Assembly (NCBI GenBank): GCA_965203315.1
Contig: CBDBCE010000005.1
Coordinates: 1 to 64,000 of the forward strand
Origin: Nitrosopumilus sp.
GTDB taxonomy: Archaea > Thermoproteota > Nitrososphaeria > Nitrososphaerales > Nitrosopumilaceae
Direction: 5' to 3'
Length of the DNA: 64,000 bases
Shown: in pieces, positions 19,964 to 29,400 of the stretch
Numbering within the stretch: position 1 is the stretch's first letter
Layout: every line of letters starts with the position of its first letter
Translations under genes and position numbers: made by a program
Notes under the pieces: generated by a model
Told to the model about the DNA's origin: nothing
Seen by the model: only the letters and a program-made list of their open reading frames with translations
Database searches by the model: none

Positions 19964-20971
19964 CTAGACGGTTGTTCGTCTATCTATTGTGTCATTGATG
20001 TTTGGTCCTGTTCCTATGATCGTAACAGGCGTATTTAGTCTCGATTCTATATTGGCAATAAACGCCTGTGCGTCTTTTGATAACTCTTCAAACGTCTGTT
20101 TTCCTGCACAATCTGTAAACAGTACATCGAGTTTCGTTATTGCGATCTGTGTTGCTCCATTGAGCATGATTGCACGTCTGGCTAGATTGTAGTCAAAGTC
20201 AGCAGCACGCCTGGGACGACCTGTAACTGTTCCAAACTCTGTCCAACCACGACTTTCGATATCTTTTGTCGACAACTCGTTGTCTAAAGGTCCCTCACCC
20301 ACTCGTGTTACATATGCCTTGAATACTATCAAGACTTGATCGATCTTGGTAGGTCCAAGTCCCACATCTGCACATATTCCTGATGCGGTCACATCCTTTG
20401 AGGTTACAAAGGGATACGTTCCATGCCATAGAGAGAGAAATGTGCCTTGTGTTCCTTCGACAAGAATATTCGAACCACTCGAGATCGCTTCATTTAGCTG
20501 TGCTGGGACATCTATTACCAGAGAATTCAAGGATTCGATATCTTTGGCCATCGATAGACTGCGCATTGCTCTGTCAGCATTAGCAGGTCCTGTTCCTGAT
20601 CCTGTACTACCGATCTTTGCACTCAACTCCCCTTTGGAGTCTATGGATATATGCCTCTCGGTGATGACTCCGCAGTTTTTATCTATAAAGGCTCGGCCAT
20701 CTGCTTCAAAGTCTCTGATCTCTTCCTTCAAGATATCTGGATTGATGACCACGCCTGGCCCTATCATGACTTTGGCATCTTTATTCAAGAATCCACTAGG
20801 CAACATTCGAACCTTGTAAGTTCTGTTACCGTCGGTAATGGTATGCCCTGCATTTGGACCTGCGCCACCACGAACTATTATTTTAGGATCATCCTTTATT
20901 GAAAGGTATGATATGATCTTTCCTTTACCTTCATCGCCAAAAAATCCTCCGACAACTACTATTACTGTCAT
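19964..20971 (-). CDS. purA: adenylosuccinate synthetase
   Basis: GDEGKGK, NAGHT, EGTQG, GTVTGRPRR, TKLD. Confidence 0.97.
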   Translation of the reverse strand: MTVIVVVGGFFGDEGKGKIISYLSIKDDPKIIVRGGAGPNAGHTITDGNRTYKVRMLPSGFLNKDAKVMIGPGVVINPDILKEEIRDFEADGRAFIDKNCGVITERHISIDSKGELSAKIGSTGSGTGPANADRAMRSLSMAKDIESLNSLVIDVPAQLNEAISSGSNILVEGTQGTFLSLWHGTYPFVTSKDVTASGICADVGLGPTKIDQVLIVFKAYVTRVGEGPLDNELSTKDIESRGWTEFGTVTGRPRRAADFDYNLARRAIMLNGATQIAITKLDVLFTDCAGKQTFEELSKDAQAFIANIESRLNTPVTIIGTGPNINDTIDRRTTV

Positions 20972-21042
20972 GTTTTGCCTCCGCGCTTGAGATATAAAAT
21001 ATTGGCGATTGTATCGGTGTTGCTCAACAAAAAATATTACAG

Positions 21043-21420
21043 CTAGAGACTAATCGTGATCTTTTTGACCTTTGTGATCAATCTTAGCTTTGTATTGATC
21101 GGCATCTCTGGCTCCATTGTAAAATAGATGATGTTTCTCTTTGTGTATATGACCATCTGAGATACCTTTTCGCGTTCTACATGAACATATCTGACTTTAC
21201 CTAGCGATCTGTCAAACTCTTTCCTCATGGCCCTTCGCTGCGCAACTTGCTTGCAAAAGTGTTCCTCCTCTTTCTGAGATTTTAGACTAGTCTTTCCTGT
21301 CTTCATGATTCCCTCTCGAATATTTCCCTTGGGATCTATTACCGCCGCAAATCTCATCCTTGCATCCAAACTAAGTATCTCTTGGACAATCTCTAACAGA
21401 TCGGGAGTTTTCGTATCCAT
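21043..21420 (-). CDS. roadblock/profilin-like thaumarchaeal protein (DUF6659-like)
   Basis: ILSLDARMRFAAVID.KG, FDRSLGKVRYVHVERE; start MDTKTP. Confidence 0.7.
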   Translation of the reverse strand: MDTKTPDLLEIVQEILSLDARMRFAAVIDPKGNIREGIMKTGKTSLKSQKEEEHFCKQVAQRRAMRKEFDRSLGKVRYVHVEREKVSQMVIYTKRNIIYFTMEPEMPINTKLRLITKVKKITISL

Positions 21421-21541
21421 GTGTGTTCTAAAATTTTTTTTAGTAATATAAGCCATTGATAACATCAATAACATATGAACTAGGTGTTGACTAGGATCAA
21501 TCCAGAATATCTGGTCTTTTCTCAAATGTTGTACTATAACA

Positions 21542-22855
21542 TATACCGACGAAAATAAGTTTTGGCACAAATAATCCCTCAGATACCGCTTTGATCGTCT
21601 GTTTTACTGATTAAACGTGTCCAGAGATGGCTTTTTGTCAAAGTCTGCACAAAGACTTTGTAAATTTAGGAGAAACATGATAGTTGTTGATAGAGTACGA
21701 GCAAAGTGCAGATATTTGTATGTGGTGGATACGAATTCTATGAACCGATTTGTTTTTACTGATTATCTAGTACGTTTCTTTGCAAGTATTCAAAGATATC
21801 CAAGTCAAATTTTTGTCCAAGGAAGCTACGTATCTTTTTCTCCAGTTTAACGACATCTTCGTGAAACTGACCGTGTATGTGTTTACTTTTTAATAGATGC
21901 CAGATAGTCTCTATTACACTAAGCTCTGGTCGGCCTACGGGTAGAAATATCAAAAGTATTCCCATCTCGTCACAAAACTCTTTGACCATTTTTGCAGTGT
22001 GTGGTCTAGCATTGTCTAGAACTATAGCAAACCTACCATAGCGATCGTACATCTGTTGCAAGTATTTTACAAAAACTTTGGCTGTGAATCCTTTGGAGTA
22101 CTTTCTTACAAACATCTTTCCATCTAGACTGTACGCACCAAAGTATCTGAAACTCCAATATTTGTTCTCGTATGGAATACGTGCCGGCTTGCCTATGTAA
22201 TACCATACTTTGCCCCTACAGTTGTCATCAAAATGGACGTGAACCTCATCAGCTACGAATACCGGTATACCTCTCTTTGCCAGTGCCTTTAGTTGTTTTA
22301 CATTTTTCCTTTGCCACTCTTTGACTTTTTTACGACTTGCTTGATGTATGTAGTATGGCCTAGGTTTCTTCCAAGCAAATTTACATCTATGCAACCAAAT
22401 ACGAATTGCTGCTGCAGTGTATTTGACATTTGTCATTTTGTAGATTACTTGCTGCAGCTGTTCTACTTTTACTTGAGTTAACTCTGCTGCAGCTTTAAAG
22501 AATTGTTCTTCTTTTATCTTTCGTGGTCTACCAGATCTTGGTTTATCCTTTAAAACATCAACACGAGATGTGTCCAAATAGTCTCCTACCCATCTATGCA
22601 CAGATCTTGTTGAACATTTCATAAGTTTTGCTGTCTCTTTTACCGACAATCCATCCTCTATTACATGTAATACAGCATATGCTCTTTTTTGAAAACGCAC
22701 GCACTTAGTTTTCCTTAGTGAAATGTGGAGATTTCTTTTTTGCCTTCTAGTCGCTTTTTTCATCAAGAATACAAAAAAAGGTTTGATCCTTAAACGTTTC
22801 GATTCATATGAATTTGATCACATTATTTGTGCCAAAACTTATTTGTGGCGGTATA
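21542..22855 (-). mobile_element. IS630-family insertion sequence
   Basis: ~34-bp TIR TATACCG.C..AAATAAGTTTTGGCACAAATAAT at both ends, TA-bounded. Confidence 0.9.
21756..22766 (-). CDS. IS630-family transposase
   Basis: HTH + RSGRPRK, FVADE, VLDNARPH, PELSVIETIW (DDE_3). Confidence 0.95.
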   Translation of the reverse strand: MMKKATRRQKRNLHISLRKTKCVRFQKRAYAVLHVIEDGLSVKETAKLMKCSTRSVHRWVGDYLDTSRVDVLKDKPRSGRPRKIKEEQFFKAAAELTQVKVEQLQQVIYKMTNVKYTAAAIRIWLHRCKFAWKKPRPYYIHQASRKKVKEWQRKNVKQLKALAKRGIPVFVADEVHVHFDDNCRGKVWYYIGKPARIPYENKYWSFRYFGAYSLDGKMFVRKYSKGFTAKVFVKYLQQMYDRYGRFAIVLDNARPHTAKMVKEFCDEMGILLIFLPVGRPELSVIETIWHLLKSKHIHGQFHEDVVKLEKKIRSFLGQKFDLDIFEYLQRNVLDNQ

Positions 22856-23023
22856 GTATAATGCATATGCAAAGTACTATGTCACATTATCCGTCATTTT
22901 ATCTGCGCCAAATCTATCAATTGCTTAGATTCTCTCCAGTCATATTCTCCACACGAGTCTCCCACAAACTGGGATTCTCACAGAATACAAAGATTGATTT
23001 AGTTCCTTAAAAGACTCACATAT

Positions 23024-23320
23024 ATGACAGAAATTGATACTACGCAAAAGATCTATCTCTTCTTACATGGTAGGATGGATCTAAAAGAGAGATCAGTTGT
23101 TGCACTTGTGAACAAAGGATTCAAAGAGGATCAGATAGTCATGGCACAACCCAACGAAGTTGGTGTGGTCGGTAACTATATGGCCATGTTGTGGATGCCA
23201 CCAAATCCAGATCATATCAAACTTCAACAGATCACAAAGATCGATGATGTTGAACCAGAGGGTATGATTGGTCTGTGGAAGGGTGTCTCAAAGAATGATA
23301 TCGAATCTATAACCCTTTAG
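23024..23320 (+). CDS. conserved thaumarchaeal hypothetical protein
   Basis: 98-aa ORF, YMAMLWMPPNPDHI. Confidence 0.7.
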   Translation: MTEIDTTQKIYLFLHGRMDLKERSVVALVNKGFKEDQIVMAQPNEVGVVGNYMAMLWMPPNPDHIKLQQITKIDDVEPEGMIGLWKGVSKNDIESITL

Positions 23321-23463
23321 ATAAATTCCTGTATTTTTTCTCTAGTTTGGTGTTCCGAGTCATTCATTATACTAGACTCAAATACGTGAGATAGATTCGC
23401 TGTACAGACTCTTGGATTTGAGCAGAATGGTATTTTACAAGATTTTTCCCTAGAGTGTCTCTG

Positions 23464-23579
23464 GGTTCTTTTTGGTTTACCTGGGATGAATGGTTACAGA
23501 AAAAGCACTACGAGATTCTATGCGGGACAATTAGTAAAAAGCCTTGCGAAACACCATCTCACGTAAATCGAAGAGATAC
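23464..23579. mobile_element. MITE family B, copy 4 (opposite orientation to copy 1)
   Basis: GGTTCTTTTTGGTTTACCT...ACGTAAATCGAAGAGATAC. Confidence 0.7.
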
Positions 23580-23580
23580 A

Positions 23581-23690
23581 ATTCTGTTAGATATTTGCTA
23601 GACAAATTTAAAATTATAGAGTTTTCATTGCATTCCGAATTAATGTAGCCATTCATCGTATCACTTTACTATGATTCCGATATCGTCTAG
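23581..23690 (-). pseudogene. decayed 3' end of IS6 transposase
   Basis: ATTCTGTTAGA...CTAGACAAATTTAAAATTATA...GAGTTTTCA matches 38689-38790. Confidence 0.7.
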
Positions 23691-23740
23691 TGTCTTGTAG
23701 TTATCTAACATATTAAATATGTCGACTATAAAATCAATAC

Positions 23741-24133
23741 ATGTTTGAAGAGCAAATTCAGACTATTATGACAAAGACTTTGATCTCTGTTAACCGATCT
23801 ACAACAGTACATCAAATCGCAAAGATGATGGAACAGGGCGGAATAGGTGCAATAATCGTCAAAGATCAAAACCCTGTTGGAATCATCACTGATCGTGATT
23901 ATGCGATAAAGATCGTTGCCAACAACCTTGAACATAATACTTCTGTAGAGAGAGTCATGTCCTCGCCTCTGATTACCATCTCTGCAACAGAGTCTATTCT
24001 AGCTGCAGCCAAACTTATGACTGCAAAGAAGATTCGAAAACTTGCTGTAACTCAAAATGGTACAATAGTGGGTATAGTCACATCTACAGATATTGTAACC
24101 TTTTTGGCACAATGTTCTGATACAGATGACTAA
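23741..24133 (+). CDS. CBS-domain pair protein
   Basis: VGIITDRD, VMSSPLITI, VGIVTSTDI. Confidence 0.88.
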   Translation: MFEEQIQTIMTKTLISVNRSTTVHQIAKMMEQGGIGAIIVKDQNPVGIITDRDYAIKIVANNLEHNTSVERVMSSPLITISATESILAAAKLMTAKKIRKLAVTQNGTIVGIVTSTDIVTFLAQCSDTDD

Positions 24134-24160
24134 TATTTTATCAGATATCTGATATGTGTA

Positions 24161-24715
24161 ATGAAAAGATGTGTGTGGGCAAAGAATGAACCGGACATCA
24201 CATATCACGATGATGAGTGGGGTAGACCTGAACACAATGATCAACGTCTATATGAATTTCTGGTTTTAGAGGGTGCTCAAGCTGGACTATCGTGGTCTAC
24301 AATTCTAAAGCGGCGTAATGGATACAAGAAAGCGTTTACCAACTTTGATCCAAATATTGTCTCGCGTTATACTAAAAGTGATGTGTCTAGGCTACTCAAA
24401 GATCAGACAATAATTCGCAATCGACTAAAGATCATGTCTGCCATAAATAACGCAAAACAGTTTCTAAACATACAAAGAGAATTTGGTTCTTTTGATCAAT
24501 ATATTTGGGGGTTTGTTGATTACAAACCGATCAAGAATCATTTTAAAAGTCATAAAGATATTCCGGCACAAACTCCTCTCTCTGTACAGATTGGCCGTGA
24601 TCTAAAACAGCGTGGGTTTAGCTTTGTAGGACCAACAATCTGTTACGCACTGATGCAGGCTATTGGAATGGTCAATGATCACACTGCCCAATGCTATCTG
24701 TATGAATCTGCTTAA
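24161..24715 (+). CDS. tag: DNA-3-methyladenine glycosylase I
   Basis: RCVW, YHDDEWG, LEGAQAGLSW, FVGPTICYALMQAIGMVNDH. Confidence 0.95.
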   Translation: MKRCVWAKNEPDITYHDDEWGRPEHNDQRLYEFLVLEGAQAGLSWSTILKRRNGYKKAFTNFDPNIVSRYTKSDVSRLLKDQTIIRNRLKIMSAINNAKQFLNIQREFGSFDQYIWGFVDYKPIKNHFKSHKDIPAQTPLSVQIGRDLKQRGFSFVGPTICYALMQAIGMVNDHTAQCYLYESA

Positions 24716-24832
24716 ACGATATTTATGCGATATATTTAATTTGCCTATGATGAAACATGATGCTAGTTTGTTCTCATAATTGAACGTGCCTGATAGAACC
24801 CTCGCTTTTAGCGTCTATGAAAAGTATTGACT

Positions 24833-24948
24833 TGATCTTTTCGGTTTATGGGGGACGTGGACGTTTATAGAAACACTACAAGATTCTCTGAGGGAAAATT
24901 ATGGAAAAACTTTACGAAATATCCTCACACGTAAATCGAAAAGAATCC
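24833..24948. mobile_element. MITE family B, copy 5
   Basis: TGATCTTTTCGGTTTATG...ACGTAAATCGAAAAGAATCC. Confidence 0.75.
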
Positions 24949-25073
24949 TGTGTTGATTCTATACTGTGTAGGGTTAAGACCGTGTCGATACAGCATAGAT
25001 ACTAAAATTAAACAATCGATTAGATCGTACTCTGTCATCTTACAATCTTGGTATGAACGAATCATTCGCGGTC

Positions 25074-25096
25074 TTTATATGGCACGGGGGGGGGGG
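25074..25096 (+). promoter_or_regulatory. S-layer gene promoter: TATA box followed by G11 homopolymer
   Basis: TTTATATG at 25074-25081, 11 G at 25086-25096, ATG at 25110. Confidence 0.6.
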
Positions 25097-25509
25097 ATAA
25101 ATTAATAACATGAATAACGAAATAGGACGAAAAACAACTAGTTTAATACTAATGACAATAATGGTCGCAGGCGGACTGACCTTTGCTATACCAAGCATGG
25201 AGCCAGTATACGCCCGGTCGACACCAAACCTATACGTCTCAGCTGCTGATCCAAATGGATACGGAGCTAGATTCGACAACACCTTTGGTGGACTACAGAT
25301 AGTGCAAGTAATTGTGAGTGATCCTCTACGAGATGATGCTGATGACGCACCGCCTCGTGTAACCATTAATGATGATGAATTAACCATGAAATATCATAGT
25401 GGTAGTTGGTATGTATACTTTACAATAGTTGATGATCCTGATGGCAGTACACCTACTATTAACGATCTTGCTAATTTGTGGACTGATGCCGTTGGCATAA
25501 ATAAACTTG

Positions 25510-26412
25510 GGTGATTAGCCGCGTACAGCCCCTAACATCAATTTCACCAAAAAGTTGAACAAGTCACACACCCTAAAATTATATCTCCATTCCATCTCTT
25601 TTATGTATAGTAGAAATTTGTCTTGGCTTACACCATGATGTTTAGACAATTTTTGTTTTGCAAAACTCCAGAATCCTTCAATTCCGTTGGTATGCACTTC
25701 ATCTTGCCCAAACGTCTTGCTATGATCAACTGACTGGTGTTTGTAACCATGCGTGGTCAGTGGGTTGTATCCAGCCCACTTGTCTGTGTATATGGTGCTA
25801 CCTTTCTCTACTACCGCAGTTATGCTGGCAAGTAAAGTGTCTGCACTAGCATCAGGTATGATCTCAACATGTACGTTTCCACCTCTCTTCAACATACCTA
25901 AAACGATTATCTTGTTTTCTGCACCACGACCACGATTTCCTTTCCTTTTACCCCCAAAATACGCCTCATCTACCTCAATTTCGCCACGAAACATACGAAA
26001 TTCGTTGTTTGAGTGTTCCAGTATGAGGCGTCTAAATATGTCAAACGCTTGTAGCACTGTCTTGTAATTTAGCTGTGTCTGTTCTGCCGCAACCTTTGCA
26101 GAAGCGGATATCTCAAATAACTTGATTAGAATAAGCCACTTTGAATACGGTATGCAAAGTAGTGCAAAATGAATCTCTAAACGGCCTAAAATCACTCTTA
26201 CACGATTTGCAGCGTAACCTACTTTTATTCTTCATTGGATAGAATTGGTTGCTTGTACAAAATTTGCATCTGATTTCTTTAGCCGATACTGATTCCAGAT
26301 ATCGTATTGTGGATATCTCATCACATGTTATCTTGGATAATGACCACAGATCCATCAACTATGTGGTAAAAACACCCCCCTATTATTTAGGGGCTGTACG
26401 CGGCTAATCACC
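25510..26412 (-). mobile_element. IS1595-family insertion sequence (903 bp)
   Basis: Perfect TIR GGTGATTAGCCGCGTACAGCCCCTAA; 8-bp TSD TAAACTTG (25502-25509, 26413-26420). Confidence 0.95.
25515..26358 (-). pseudogene. IS1595 transposase, frameshifted (Zn ribbon 26113-26358; DDE part 25515-26195)
   Basis: CKFC/CKSC ribbon; EVDEAYFGG..GRG, YTDKWAGY, HTNGIEGFWS, EWRYN. Confidence 0.88.
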
Positions 26413-26440
26413 TAAACTTGTTAGGCAGCCAGGCATCACC

Positions 26441-29400
26441 ATGGATGTTCAGAATGAACTAAAACTACTTGAATCTGACGACACCTTTGATATAGTGTAT
26501 CACAAGGCAGGAGCACCACAAACAATATCTCTCACATATGACGACTCTGTAAACAATGATCTCAAACTAGACAGGACATCATATCCCAGAAATGCTCACG
26601 TACACGTAGAGATAACAGATCATATACTAAATCTCGATCCAACTACCAAAGATGTTTGGATATACGATACAGACACTACAGAAACTACAGACACTCAGAT
26701 AAGATATCTATATGATGATACTAGTAGTGACTCCCAACAAAGACCAAAAACCACTAATCTTGGTTGTCAAGATGACAAGTGTATGTTTAGCATAGATGGT
26801 ATTAGCGACAATTCGACTAATACTGTTAACAGGATTAAAGACGAAAATAACATACTTTATCTACATATGCCAGAGACTGTTGCTCCTCGATATATGTTTG
26901 AAGAGACAGGTCCAAACACTGGAGTCTTTAAACTAATCTCCTATCCTACTAGCAATAAAAACTACGATCTCGATGACAACGAATCTCCGATCCGGATTGA
27001 ATCTATGGCTCCCCGTGGACAAAACACACAAATTCTGTATAGTGACGAGACTGTCTCTGTAAACACACGACTTACTACTGCTACTGTAAACCTAGACGTA
27101 CAAGATGGCACATGGAACTCTGGCGAAAAGATTGATCTGACAATAGTAGATGCCGATCAAAATTTAAACAGTGATGCAGAGGATGATCAAAAGGTATCTA
27201 GTGCAAATGCAAGAATTCCCGTATTCGTTACAGGTGATCCACATACGTTAAAGGATGGTGAAACCGATACTATCAAACGTATATATCGCGATCTTCCCAC
27301 ACCTCTTCCTCATGAAGATACTTACATAGACAGCAGATCCCGCCTATTATCGTATGAAGTTGATGATAGCTATAGGGGCACATTTACTATAGATCATACA
27401 GGTGGTGGTGGCAGCGTAAGATATGACAAGCTTGTAATTCCACTAGGTACACTTGGAGATATTCACGAGTCGATCAACGGTAATGATACCAATAAAGGAA
27501 TCTTTACAGGACGTAATCTATTCAACTATGACTTTAGTAGTGTCGTTAGTGGCATTACTGTTCCTGCTGACCCTTTTACGACTGGGACAGATCAAGATAA
27601 AAACACCCAAATGAATGCTACTCTTATTGTAATGCCTGATAATGGGAGCAAGGCGGTTGTTGCTCTTTGGGGAACACTTGTCTCAACTAAGAGTATGGGC
27701 AATAGTGGATATATGGACATCACAGATTTCATGCTAGGTGAGGATGAAGACCTTAAAAACAAAAAACTATTGGCCGATCGTACAGCACTATATAGTGTCG
27801 CAAATGTCTCCAAAAGTAGTAAAGTCAACCTCGTACTACAGTTTACTAGCAATGACGATCTAACAAAGCCCACGATCGTAGATATGGATAAAGACAAAAA
27901 GTTCTCACTAGTCGCAGACTTTTTTTCATATGGATTCTACGATGATGGTGCACAAGCAGCCGAGAGGATTGCAAATCAAATCATACGAGTCGAGGTAGAA
28001 GAGACAGGTGAAAACACCAGTACCTTTACAGGAACACTAGAGTATGTGATGATAAACCAACTCAACGTTAACGATCCCAAGACATACACTGATATCATGC
28101 CAAGAGGCAATGAAGTAAAATTCATCGCCTTTGAGGATCTTACCGGCTCTGACGCGCGAGTAAACTATGCAGACATAGACTCGAACGGCAACATGGCTAC
28201 AGTCTCTGATCAACAAGATATTGCAACCGCTAGTGGTGTAGTATCTCTGAACGCAGAGACATACAGTGTAGGTAGTAATGTCGTAATCACACTAGAGGAC
28301 TCTGATCTGAATACAGATCCTGATCGTGCTGATACCTATACAGTAGTAACACGAAACATGACTGACGGAACCACGAACACTGGTAAGGACAAGGACCAGG
28401 TGGGTATTGATGTCATGCCCACGTATGAGGCTCTACTACCAGGTAAGAAATCACTAGGAATGCTACTAGAGGTAACCTTTGATGGTAAGAGATGGCAATC
28501 TGGCTGTACTCTGTCTGATGGAGTTCAGAATGGACTTGGTGCAACAGGATTCACTCTACAAGAGACCGGATCCAGTACAGGAGTCTTTACAGGTTCCTTT
28601 GCTATACCAAAAGAGGTATGCAACTTTAATGATGATGGCAGCGTAAACACGAACGAATCTAAAATAACTGTAAGCGGCAAAGACATTGGTGTAACATATC
28701 TAGACTTTAGAGATGCATCTGGTCAAATAGTCACAGCTGGTGACTCTGCATCGATTGGTGCAAGTACAGGCTCTGTATCTCTAGATAGAACTGTATATCC
28801 AGTTCCATATGGTGCTGGTACAGAGTCAGGTTCTTCAAGAGCCCTAGACATGGCCGGAGCAAATCTTGCAGGTGGTACAGTCAAAGTCTATGTTCAAGTA
28901 AACGACCCAGACTACAACTTGAATCCTACAGGTGAGGACAAGATCGAAGACGAGTCAGGGAACGGACCAGTCAAAGTAATAGTCTCTCGCAGTGGTGACG
29001 AGTGTGTAATAGGTAATGCAGGCGGTACGACATCAGTTCCAACCGACGAGATCAGTAGATTGTTACAAGATCGAAATACAAAGAAAGCTAGCTATGATCT
29101 AGACAAGACAAACACCGACAAACAGACAGCATATCTCTTGGCACAACTAAAGTATGATGCTGCCAGTGATACTGGTACATGTACTCCAAGGGAGTTAGGT
29201 GCTCTAACAGAGACATCTCCTGAATCAGGAGTCTTTGAGGTGAGCTTTAATCTATATCCCAAAGATGGACCAAGTGGCAGTGACTGTCCAAGTAGAACAA
29301 TAGCCGACGGTACAACAAGCCGTACATGTATCCTACAAGGTGACATACTCACCGTACAGTACAACGACACAACAGACGCTTCTGGTAATCCACGTACAGT

